From the NCBI RefSeq assembly GCF_036588685.1, contig NC_086381.1:47802001-47866000 (forward strand): 64,000 nucleotides of DNA. Reading direction: 5' to 3'. Both the position numbers and the translations under genes were made by a program. The notes under the pieces are model-generated. The model saw only the letters and a list, made by a program, of their open reading frames with translations, was not told where the DNA came from and made no database searches. The DNA is from Mytilus trossulus. Its lineage: Eukaryota. Of this stretch, positions 53,161 through 64,000 are shown one piece after another. Within the stretch, counting starts at the first letter, position 1, and each line of letters begins with the position of its first letter.

Positions 53161-53584
53161 TGACGAAACGCGCGTCTGGTGTACATATTAAATTTATTCA
53201 TGGTTTCTATGATGAGTTTATTTGTAACCACAGGGTCGATGCCACTGCTGGTGGAAATTTATTTCCCCGAGGGTATCACCAGCCCATAAGTCAGTACTAC
53301 TGGTATGACTTGAGTTATCATTGATATGTTTCTAACTAAAAATTAACTGTTAACAAAGCTTTGAATTTTGGAAAAACTAAGGCTTTTCTACCTCAGGAAT
53401 AGATTACATCAGCTGTATTTGGCAAAACTTTAAGTACTTTTTGGTCATCAATGCTCTTCAACTTCGTACTTTATTTGACATTTATAACACTTTTGATTCG
53501 AGCGTCAATGGTGAGTCTTTTGTAGACGAAACGCGCGTCTGGCGTAAATATTCAATTTATTCCTGGTATCTATGATGAGGTTAT
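53161..53584 (+). mobile_element. Retrozyme (non-autonomous hammerhead retroelement), ~1.15 units of a 363-bp monomer
   Basis: gacgaaacgcgcgtctgg recurs at 53162 and 53525 (period 363). A type I hammerhead fold lies at 53502-53545. Confidence 0.85.
53502..53545 (+). ncRNA. Type I hammerhead ribozyme, core mutated
   Basis: GCGUCA-AUGGUGA-GUC(UUUUGUA)GAC-GAAAC-GCGC-GUC-UGGCGU. Stems I and II and the short palindromic stem III are intact, but CUGAUGA has become AUGGUGA. Confidence 0.8.
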
Positions 53585-54011
53585 CTTACTTTATATATAT
53601 TTCCCACTCACAGTTAATGTAGAAGTCTATGCTATTTGTGTTTATAGCTTTGGCAGAGAAATATTTGCGTATATCAATGTGTGAAATGGTATGGAATGGT
53701 CGTATAATTATGAACAGGTTTATTTTTTCGTTATACGATTAATCAGAGTTCGTAAATAAAAATATATCTGTGATTTAATAAAAATGGTTGATTTATTGAT
53801 TAGAATGCAGTAAGATATGTATGAAGGTTTCTGAGCACAGGCATGTGTTTGTGTTTCTTAAAAAAACAATCGGTAGTGGGGCACTCGAGATCATAAATTT
53901 TGTTACAGTATTATTGAATTACACGTAACAATTTACGAATGTCAGAATGATTACTTTGTCATGTGCACATGTTATCATTGATATCAACAACTTCCCCTAA
54001 TATATCTAAGT

Positions 54012-54084
54012 ATTCTGATGTTGTTTTTTCTATGGTCGGGTTGTTGTCTCTTTGATGCATTCCCCATTTCCATTCTCAATTTTA
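54012..54084 (+). mobile_element. Family-2 PLE extreme 3' fragment
   Basis: ggtcgggttgttgtctctttgatgcattccccatttccattctcaattttat. Confidence 0.8.
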
Positions 54085-56212
54085 TTTTGAAAATGTTTGT
54101 CTTTATTGCCGTGTGGAGACAGTAGAGTGCCTCCCCGAGCTTCATGCTTATGCTCTTATAATATACTAGATTATGGAGTGCGTGTCCGAGTGAGAACTTC
54201 TCTAGTTCATTACTTTAGGAATATTTATCAAAAAGTAGTATTTCAATATTCAGCCCCATTCTACTATTAAGTCAGCCGTCATTCGCTACCCTGATATATC
54301 CTATCTTTTCCGGGTAATTAATACGAATAGCGTTTGGCATTTTTAGCCGAACAAATTTATCTTTTTTACATAACTTAATTATTGTATGCTGGTTCATTTT
54401 CTGGACGCCTGTCTTTGCTCCTTTATAATATATTTCACAAACAAAAAAACAAATATGAAGCTTAGAAATGGAAAAAAATATTCAAACCAATAAAACGATT
54501 AATTTCCGGCAACAACTTTAATCAACCCGACGAGTAACAACAAAGCGACTGGTAACAATAACACAAGGAATTGAATCTTTAAGTTACAGGTTTTGAAATG
54601 TAACGTTAAATGTTCGATCGTCTTAGAGTATTGACTGTATGGACAATATTAATGACAAACATGGCTTGCTTTAATTTTTTTCTGAAAGCATTTGAAAAAT
54701 ATTTAAATCAAAAGATTAAAAGACATTATTTTTGTAATAGAACATTGATTGTTGATTTTTTTACAACCAGTGGCAAAAAGTTCATGCATGCGTTAACGAG
54801 AAAAGTCGTTGTTTAAATAGTTCATATAATTGTTTCCCACTATTGATGTGTTATTTCAAAGAACGCTTTTAAACTAATTTAATGTAGATATATTTAATAA
54901 AACTTCTTACCTGAATTTGTTCTCTTGTTATATTAAACAACCTAAATTTAAATGTAAGTCCTCGATTTATTAGATATAATGCAATGATTATATGTTTTAT
55001 CTACATCAAATATTGTTTAGTCGTCACTCATTGAAAACATATCACATTCTGAAATCAATATCTCGCCGTAGAGGAGTTAACATTTTATTATTATAACTTC
55101 ATTTTCTACTTCAAATAATCGGTAACTCCTCAAGTATCGATTTCAAGTTTATCTGAGGATAGTTTAATTGCTTTAATAGTGGCAAAATAAGACGTGTATC
55201 AATATACGCATATTCATTATTATAATGTAAATTATAAAATATGATAGGCATAACATATACGATTCCGATTTGAAATTTTCATTCATTTGTTTGCTTCGTT
55301 CTGTATAAAGTAAAATCACAAATGTACTGACATTCGAAAAAAAATTAAAACTTAAAGTCCCAAAAAAAATGGCAAAATCAAATGATAAACACATCAAACG
55401 AATGGACAACAACTTTCATATTGAACCAATCATAGCAAAAATACGAAAACAACGATGACGCCATACGAAAACTATTTTGATAAATATCCATCAATATCAA
55501 TAATCATACTTATATTTACAAGAGAAGTTGAATATAGTTTTTTTGGCTTTGGAATAAGAAAATATCTACCGGGTAGCTTATCATGATTTTAATCTTATTA
55601 AAAAATGAAAAAAAACTAAAATATAACAATACAAAAGTGCTCTGCATAAACATTATTATAAAGCATAATAAGGTAGTTTAATTTAAATTTTAGCAGGTGA
55701 TTTATTGAAATAGTTTTATTGGCATGAATGAACATTTTACTCGTAACATTTCGTTTCTGTCATCTTCGTGTTAAGCGATGCCTAAAATTGTAGTACACAT
55801 TTCTTATCCAGTGTGTTTGCAGTTAGTTGCTTAAATAAACGATTAATTGAAATAAAATTTGCAATCCGTGTCAATTAGTTGAATTCACTGTTGATTTATG
55901 AAATATACAACCTTTCTGTTCGTTCTATCTATCGATTATAATGATTATCATTCTTTAACATCAACCTTCAAATATTGGCACGGATTGCAATTATATAAAA
56001 ACCGATAAAACTTATTTCCTTTATATTGTAAAACCATATGTACAACGCTGATTTACACATAATTGCTGAGGAATGTTAAATGTACGTCAACCTGAATTAA
56101 AGAAAAGAAATCCAGAAAAACAGAAAAAAAATATCCAGAAAGGAACTTACAAACTGATGTTATGTGTAACATAGTTTTCTGATTATTTTGACAAGCCATA
56201 GATGACTATGTT

Positions 56213-57200
56213 ACAATGTTTTAGATTTTAATGAGAGAAATTTATGTATTACTGAAAAATTATTACACCAGGGTTTTTGATATCACAAACTGGTCAAAAC
56301 ATTTACTAAATTTTATCATCAGTATAAGGACATCATTCGTAAATATATAGCTCAACATGCAGACTTCTTATACGTTCAGGTACTTCACATCCATTTGTTT
56401 ATGGAAATATTCTTTATAAAGCACAAAGGTGTCAGTATTCACCTCAGACACTAACAAAACATTTGAATAGACTTAATGAGAAGGGATATAGTTACGATAC
56501 TGTTGTCAGGTCATTAAAGATTGCATATTTTGGAGTTAATATTGATTCATTTATAGACTCTTTGCATCGGAACTAAACACATTTAACAGTTGTTGGTATG
56601 ACACGGGTTATGTTCTTCTCACATATGTTATGATGGTATAATACCAAACCCCCTTACGGGAAGGATTGTGACTGATGTTCATATGATGAAATCATAATCT
56701 TTCAGTCAGTTTTAATGAAGTCTGGAGCTGGCATGTCAGTTTATTGCTAGTAGTTATTGTTATTTATGTATTGTTGTCATTTTGTTTATTTTTCTTTAGT
56801 TACATCTTCTGACATCAGACTCAGACTTCTCTTGAACTGAATCATAATGTGCGTATTGTTATGCGTTTACTATTCTACATTGGCTAGAGGTATAGGGGGA
56901 GGGTTCAGATTTCACAAACATGTTTATCCCCGCCGCATTTTTGCGCCTGTCCCAAGTCAGGAGCCTCTGGCCTTTGTTAGTCTTGTATTATTTTAAGTTT
57001 GGTTGCTTGTTTAACATTTGGAAATTAGTATGGCGTTCATTATCACTGAACTAGTATATACTTGTTTAGGGGCCAACTGAAGGACGCCTCTGGGTGCGGG
57101 AATTTCTCGCTACATTGAAGACCTGTTGGTGACCTTCTGTTGTTTTTTTTTTCTTTGGTCGGGTTGTTGTCTCTGTGACACATTCCCCATTTCCATTCCC
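56213..57200 (+). mobile_element. 5'-truncated Penelope-like retroelement, family 2 (RT C-terminus plus 3' region)
   Basis: Disrupted frame LDFNERNLCITEKLLHQGF*YHKLVKTFTKFY...SLHRN* (stop 56574-56576). It aligns with the family-1 thumb region (DFLDRGLLLTRKLLNQEF.MVKLKSSLRKFY). The 3' tail ggtcgggttgttgtctc...ccccatttccatt is dispersed elsewhere in the window. Confidence 0.8.
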
Positions 57201-57574
57201 CATCTTATGATATTTATTAGACTAAACTCGAAATTATGTCCTTAGAGCACGATACAGCATGATGTCTTGAAAATGCAAAACGACCAAAATACAAAAAATA
57301 AAAAAGGGGCGTGCTTACCGATTTCACGATCTTTTTTGATTTGATTAACAATTGTATCAAGCCGCAGTTAGTATGTACATACAGAAACAGTGAAAACACT
57401 GAGGTGTTAAACACCAACAATTAATCAATGAAACAGTAATGAGAAATACAATAAATTGTTGAATGCCAAACTATATCAACAAAATATATGTGTTTGTATC
57501 TTTATAGTTATACACATCAAGATATGTTTCAATAAATATATAACACAATAAATGTTCGTATCAATGAAGGCAAT

Positions 57575-57842
57575 ATTCCAGAGAAGCGAAATATATCACA
57601 GGGATATTCAACCACATTAGTAGAAAATAAACAGATAGCACCATAGCTAAAAAAAAGTAATAGACAAACCGACAAACATTAATACACAAAGGTAGCACAG
57701 CATAGACAACAAAAGATTGAGAAACAAGGACCCAAGCAAAACTGGAGGTGATTTTAGGCACTCCGGAAGGCTAAACAAATCCTGCTTCTCATGTGGCACC
57801 GTGCCCTGTCGTTTTGCTCATGTTATTACAAACACGGTAATA
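57575..57842 (-). mobile_element. Old family-1-related PLE 3' fragment predating the duplication (homologs at ~2355-2548, ~23058-23225, ~38745-38822)
   Basis: Degenerate match to 50520-50765 (ctccggaagg...tgtggcacc...gtcg..ttgctcatgt). It sits at the same position in all four duplication copies. Confidence 0.7.
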
Positions 57843-58230
57843 AAGTAAGGTACTCATATATAACTTCTGTATTGCTGGGTAATTCATCCGTCAATCATTG
57901 GCTTGATTTTAAAATAACTTTGATTTATCATAGACATATAATGTAGTTGTGCAACTAAACAGCTGCTGTTTTATTGTTAATGAACTGTGCATTAATACAC
58001 CAAATTGAATATAAATAGTTTACAATGTTTATCAAGTTTTTTAAGCTGTAAAATAGGCATTAGACTAAAAGATTTATTTATATAAACATATTGTTGCAGA
58101 TTTATGTTGATAGTAATGGGAGTTTAATAGGATTTTTTACGTGATACAGTATATTTGCTCTACATTATTTATTTACAATCAAGCTTACAATTATATCTAA
58201 ATATTACTTAGTTTCTAGAGACAATAATAC

Positions 58231-58502
58231 AATTGAAAATCGAAATGGGGAATGACTCAACGAGACAACAACCTGACCATAGAACAATAGAACAGACACC
58301 AGTAGAAGGTCACCAACAGGTCTTCAATGCAGCGAGATATTCCCGCACCCGCAGAGTCTTTCATCTGGCTCCTAAACAAATACATATACAAGTTCAGTGA
58401 TAATTAACGCCATACTTAACTCCAAATTGTACACAAGAAACTAAAATTAAAAATAACACAAGGCTTTCAAAGGACAGAGGCTCCGGACTTGGGACAGGCG
58501 CA
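58231..58502 (-). mobile_element. Family-2 PLE 3' fragment
   Basis: Reverse complement matches 56940-57200 (tgcgcctgtcccaagtc...ccccatttc). Confidence 0.85.
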
Positions 58503-60013
58503 TATCGTTTATTCATATTTAACACATTATATAAAAGTTGCAGAACAACGGGTTTTTGAAAAGTTGAATGATAGTCCATGTACATTGTATATTCAATACT
58601 TTAATTAATTTGCACAGCTTCATGCATAATAGGAAAATGATTAACATAAACTATGGCTTATTTCCTTTTATCAATACTTGGTACAACATAAAAACAATGA
58701 TTTTCAACAAGGGAATACAATGTTAACGGTTACATTCGAAATAAATAAAACAATAAGCCTTTGTGTGATTGACAAGAATAATGTTATCGCATATTTCCGG
58801 GTGGTTTCGTGGGTCCACATTTCTAGGCCAAACTATTGTTTTCTATACTTTGTAATTATATTTTTATATTTTTTCACTTCTTTCAACCTCAACCAAAATC
58901 ACAGACCAAAACAACTCCCCATTGCCACCTAATGAAAAAAAAGTAATTAAGGAAAAATCTCAACAATCTTGTGTTAGAATAAGGACTTCTAGTTCTTTTC
59001 TAAAGAGCGTCCCTTCCCTCCCTTTATCAAATCCATGATATGTATCTTGGTAAATTCATAATGCTTTTAATTAACAAAAAACTTACCTGCAACAAGCGTG
59101 ACAGATTGTTCCAATGTAGGTTTTGTAGTTTGAATTATCCACATGAGAATACATTACTGATTTTTTTTTACATTTTTCAAAAGAATGTCTTGACGTATTG
59201 AAGATTACTAAAAAATCAGATCAATTCTCTAAGCGAGAATCGGTTCCAATGATAACTGTACATATCATCAGGACAAACTAAGAACTCTTCTGCTTATGTA
59301 CTTAGGATTTGTGTTCGATAAGCATAAAAATGATTTTCAGTTTAACAGCCAATAAAATAAGATTTTTATCAAATTATTTATAAATGTCATAATATATTTT
59401 ATTCACATTTGTGAGATGAAATCTGTTTTTTGACATTCATACTGCAATCTTTAACATTTTAAAACTGTTCTGTTAACACAATTTTTACAAACGAATAGAT
59501 CTACTCATAAACAGTAAGAAGTTCAACATATTAATAGAATCAAATTTAAATAGAAATAAAAGTTTTGGTTCAAATCTTATCTATATGCGTTACGGTTTAT
59601 GTCCTCCTCTGTGATATTTTATCCTGGGGATAATTTATCACAGTATTTTTTTCCCGACATGGTATTTCACAGGTAGAAATTATCCATAGGAGCGAAATTG
59701 TATCTGTCTTATACGGATAGTATTACCAGTATATATTTGCCGTCCCGTATTTCACAGAACCTTATGAGATAGATTTCCAGTGTCTACTATGTATGTTACT
59801 TTCAATCATTATATACCTGACCTCAACTATACTTTTTTCGACCAGTTAGAACACATTTGCATAATTTAGTAATCAATGGGAGGTAGTTATGAGCAATTTC
59901 TATTTTAAAGATATTATATGCTGGAATATATTTTATAGTGAAGTTTCTTCTTTATTTTTAATTTTTCAATATTACTTTTAATAAAAAAGAAGATGATTCA
60001 AAAGATGATTTAA

Positions 60014-60585
60014 GGTGGCTCGGGTGTCTTTCATCATTTTGAATTGTGAAGACACAGATAACTTTGGGGTAGTTATTTGAGTTGTATGTGATTTATATAA
60101 AATATTTATTTTGCTATAAATATAATATAGAAAATTGGGTGTTTTATCAGAGTTAGAGCTGTTAAAGCACCTTGTTTGTTTTTGATAAGAACTTTTTCAA
60201 CTTTTCTAAATAAGTTAAGGGGAGATAACTCAGATAAAGTAATTTTAGTAATAGAAAGTGTTTCAAATTTATCTATTGTGATATGTAGCAAGAAAACAAG
60301 TTCGATGACCTCATTTTTTTCTTTTTCTTATCTTAAAGCATGGTATAAGAGCAATCTTCTCACATTTTATCTTAAAGTTCTGATAGTACTTTTTCTTTTT
60401 AGCACACAAAATTTGATTTTCCATGCATAATTTATTAAAAATCTTACAATTTTTCACAACCTGTAGCGTGACAAAAGGTCCGGTACCCATACTTTTTAAA
60501 ATAGTTTTGAAAAAGCATGATAAAAACTTCATTTTGACAAGTTATCAAAATTTTTACTCAATTTTGATTAAGACGCCTAGCCACC
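60014..60585. mobile_element. Kolobok-like MITE (572 bp) with TTAA target duplication
   Basis: TTAA at 60010-60013 and 60586-60589. Terminal inverted repeats GGTGGCTCGGGTGTCTT / AAGACGCCTAGCCACC give GG..CC termini. No coding capacity. Confidence 0.8.
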
Positions 60586-61494
60586 TTAATAAGACAAAAA
60601 TATTTCACAGGTAAATAATATCCAGCTGTTGACATTTTTGTTGTTCCTCAATATTGTAATGCTTTGATTCATCTGGTATCAACATTATAAACATCTACAT
60701 GTGCATCTCTGTCCCAAGTCTTGCTTTTGATAATTTACATACATTTATTGTTTACTGGAGTGATGCAACAATATGTCTTCCTTCACTTTTATTTATTTGT
60801 CATGAGATCTAAAAACAACTCACTCTTATCTGTATTTCATTTACTTTATTTAATATCAAATTGATCATGATCTTATTTCACTATTAAGATCTGTAAAATT
60901 ATTGGAATTTAAATGATAACAGCTAAGTTCCAAATGAAGAGTAATCATAGACAGTTACTGGCAAACTAATGGAACTGTATATGTTGAAGAAATTTTTGAA
61001 ATGATACAAGTTCATTCTGATACACGAGATAGAGTACAATAAAAAAAAACTTAGCTTGTTGTTAATAATATAGATCCGAATATGATGTCAGATAAAAAAA
61101 AAACGTTAAAAACCTTAGTGAACCCTCTTCAATCCACTAGTTTTATCCGGTATTCATACCTTGACAAATGTGGTCTTGCTAGTCTGTATTTCATTCAACT
61201 TATAAACGCTATGATATGAATAATTTAAAAATGAGATGTAATTAAACTATCGATCTGGCAAATTATTGCCAGTGACAATTTGAGTCTTCGTGTGATACAT
61301 CAAAATCTACCAAACTGCAAAGAACAAGTACAATACATAATTTAAAACCATTTCTTTAGAGAATAATTAATAATAGAAAGAAATTTAAAAAAAAAACGAT
61401 GTTAGAAAATGACACTCCGTGTGTATGTAATGTGGTAAATCAAACTGATATAAAAAAAAAATAAGATTAATAGGTTTACACAGGGTGAGTTATG

Positions 61495-61572
61495 AAAAAG
61501 GGACGAAAGCTAGCAAAGGGACAGCCAAAGTCATACATTAAAAATAAACTGACAACGTCATGGCTAAAAATC
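61495..61572 (-). mobile_element. Family-1 PLE extreme 3' fragment
   Basis: aaaagggacgaaagctagcaaagggacag...aactgacaacgtcatggctaaaaa. Confidence 0.75.
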
Positions 61573-61839
61573 CATTCGATATGTTGAAAGACAAAAATGC
61601 ATCTCAGACGGCAGAAGAAAATAAAATAATCAAAAGAAAAAGTGGAAAGACCTTGTAAGTAGGAGGAGCGACGACTTACAGACTAGCTTAAAGTACAAAA
61701 AAGTCAAATACTTTATTTTTACATAATAAAAGAAACATCTTGTTGAAGACTACTCAGTTTATACAGGAAAATTGAACATGACATGATATAAATTTCATTG
61801 ACAACTTGATTTGATCAACTTTTTGTACTTAATGTATAC

Positions 61840-61925
61840 TTATGTGACCTTCTGCTGTTGTGTTTTTTTATTTTGGTCGGGTTGTTTTCTCTTTGACACA
61901 TTCCCCATTTCCATTCTCAATTTTA
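61840..61925 (+). mobile_element. Family-2 PLE extreme 3' fragment
   Basis: gtgaccttctgctgttg...ggtcgggttgttttctctttgacacattccccatttccattctcaattttat. Confidence 0.8.
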
Positions 61926-63983
61926 TTAATTAAAGAACAAACAAATCGTAAAGTGAACTAATCTCAAAGCACTTGTATGAACTATTTACTGTACCTTGAC
62001 CCTAATTTGTGTCTCCTTCAATCTCGAAATGCTTTTGATGTGAATATTTGAATGAGATGAGATTTATTCGTCATTTACAAAAATTCTACAAAATAAGTAA
62101 TCTGAAAATATCTAGTGATATAACACTTTAGCATTTTTTTCCATAAACATTATATCTTCAAACGTTCAGCCGTAAATTGCCAAAAAAAAAGGCAGTTACT
62201 AGTAATCAATCAATTTAAACAGCACATGTACTTTAGATGCTCGTTTATAAACCAGAACATGTAAGTAGTTAACAATTGTTTTAAAAAATCCAACAGAGGC
62301 AAACATGCAAGGCATAAACATTTTAGGCGCACATGCCTCGTCCTTATCATCAGAGATTATTTTGTTTTTCTTTTTTTGTGAATTGATTATATTTAATCTT
62401 GTAAGTACTGTATACCCTATTTTTCCCATGAAATATAAAATATAATTCTACTGAAACACTAACTTTCTGAAGGACGTATCTATCATACCGACGCGTCTGG
62501 GTCAAATATTGGTCTATTGGGACTATTAAATTATCATTTTCCTCCGAAATCTTGAAGGAAGACTGATAAAAAAAGACCGATACTTTTGAATTAATTAAGA
62601 CTTGAAGTAATTTATAATTTGTAACCAAAATCAATAACATATGTTCCGTAGATAAGTGTAATTACTATTTTGTTCAAAAATGTATAAAATAATTTATTCA
62701 AGTAATATTTTGGTCATTATTTTTAAAATTACCCTTTATCACCTTACACCTCTCAAATCTAACAAACTCTTAATTTTATGATATAAAATGATGAAAACTA
62801 CATTAAATCTATGTTTCTATGGAAAATTAAAATAACTCTATTAATTAATTTTATTATTTTTAAAAACAAAAATAACTTAAATTAGTAACTTAAAAAAATT
62901 ACTTGTTTAAGTAACGCCCCTGACTGGTTATAAAAAAAAAATAACTGAAAGTTTTGAACACACATTACAAATGCATAAATTGTAGCAAGTCAAATACTAA
63001 GTCAATTTTAGTAATTTTTTTTACATCTAAACGACGATTTATCGCCGCTGTTGTTCTTTTTAATGAAGTCAAATGATGTACAAATATGTTGATTCTGCAA
63101 TCTAGCACCATCAATTGTAACTTTAATTGTCAAAATCCGAATCATTGTCTCAATCTTTTTCAAAGAAATCGTCGTTGTTAAAACGCGTACCGCGAAAATG
63201 ACCCAACAATAAACTGTTACGCAGAAAAATATATCCACATAACACTAGTTCAACTTGAAAGCAGGATTCTGTATTTATACCAATCCATTGTAAGCAAACA
63301 ATTTGTTGTGTATATGTTGTTTATACAATAGCTTGTTTGATGCAAAAATAAATCACGTTGTCCGTTAAATGACACATAGTAACTTGTCGGTGTTGCGTGT
63401 ATGTTTTGTTATCTATTGATAAATGTCTTGGTAAATAAGCTTTACAATTAAATTATCTACTGTATATTGAACAATAAATCATCATGCACCATCATTTTAT
63501 GTTTCGTTGGCATGTGTTTCGAACAATTTTAAATAAGATGTGTGAAAAATGGTTCACATCATGTTATAACGATACTAAATTTATTATTTATATTCAAAAT
63601 AAAGTACATTAGTGTAAACCTATATCTTAAGTAATATTGATTCCTCACGCAAGGATAACAAGGTTTACCGTGGTTTTGTATATTGTAGTCAAAGACACAA
63701 AAACTTGATATGTTTTATACTAAAACTCTATTAATAGAATAGTCAATTTTTTAAACAAGTTAAAATTAGGAGACAGAAACACAAAAACACGGAAGCTCTG
63801 CTACGATGGAAGAGTCAGTATTTTTGGATTCATTCATAACACCAAAATAATGATGCATTAATTTATGATATGTTTTAAAATGTACGATATAAGTATTCGA
63901 AATTCGAGTTAAGCAAATACTTAAACCAACAACAAAATGCTTCATCAAAACCAAGAGTACAGGTTGTTTAAAAGGTAACTTAA

Positions 63984-64000
63984 GGTGGTACCCAACACTT
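63984..64000. mobile_element. Possible start of another TTAA/GGTGG DNA element
   Basis: ttaa|ggtggtacccaacactt begins like the 60014 element. The other end is outside the window. Confidence 0.4.

Larger units (their letters stand above)
54575..62350. repeat. Segmental duplication unit, copy 4 (large internal deletion)
   Basis: Matches copy 1 ~210-4480 up to ~59510, then resumes near 61700 at sequence homologous to ~11340-11720 (copy 1) and ~31290-31880 (copy 2). Confidence 0.85.

Noticed and set aside
56250-56265. In-frame TGA in the family-2 RT as possible selenocysteine
   Set aside because: It is a single TGA in a truncated, frameshifted copy. CGA-to-TGA decay is the simpler explanation and I identified no SECIS.
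59087-59156. Cys-rich reading ...TICHACC as an antimicrobial-peptide exon
   Set aside because: The cysteines and frame are not conserved among the four copies, and I found no signal-peptide exon.

Overview
AT-rich eukaryotic DNA. The repeat families resemble those I associate with bivalves, most likely a Mytilus mussel; this is inferred from repeat content, not from a search. I found no intact protein-coding gene. Most of the window is an old, decayed tandem segmental duplication of a ~16-18 kb unit: three near-complete copies at ~170-17850, ~19075-35000 and ~35335-51480, and a partly deleted fourth at ~54575-62350. The copies keep minus-strand splice signals but no shared open frame. Layered on this are 5'-truncated Penelope-like retroelements of two families with a C-terminal RT (Naiad-like) and many 3'-end fragments; non-autonomous hammerhead-ribozyme retrozyme insertions that share a fixed 3' end; a TTAA-flanked Kolobok-like MITE; tRNA-derived SINE remnants; a 7 x ~268 bp tandem array; a 28-bp palindromic minisatellite; and an 18-bp minisatellite. 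All alignments and identities were judged by eye.
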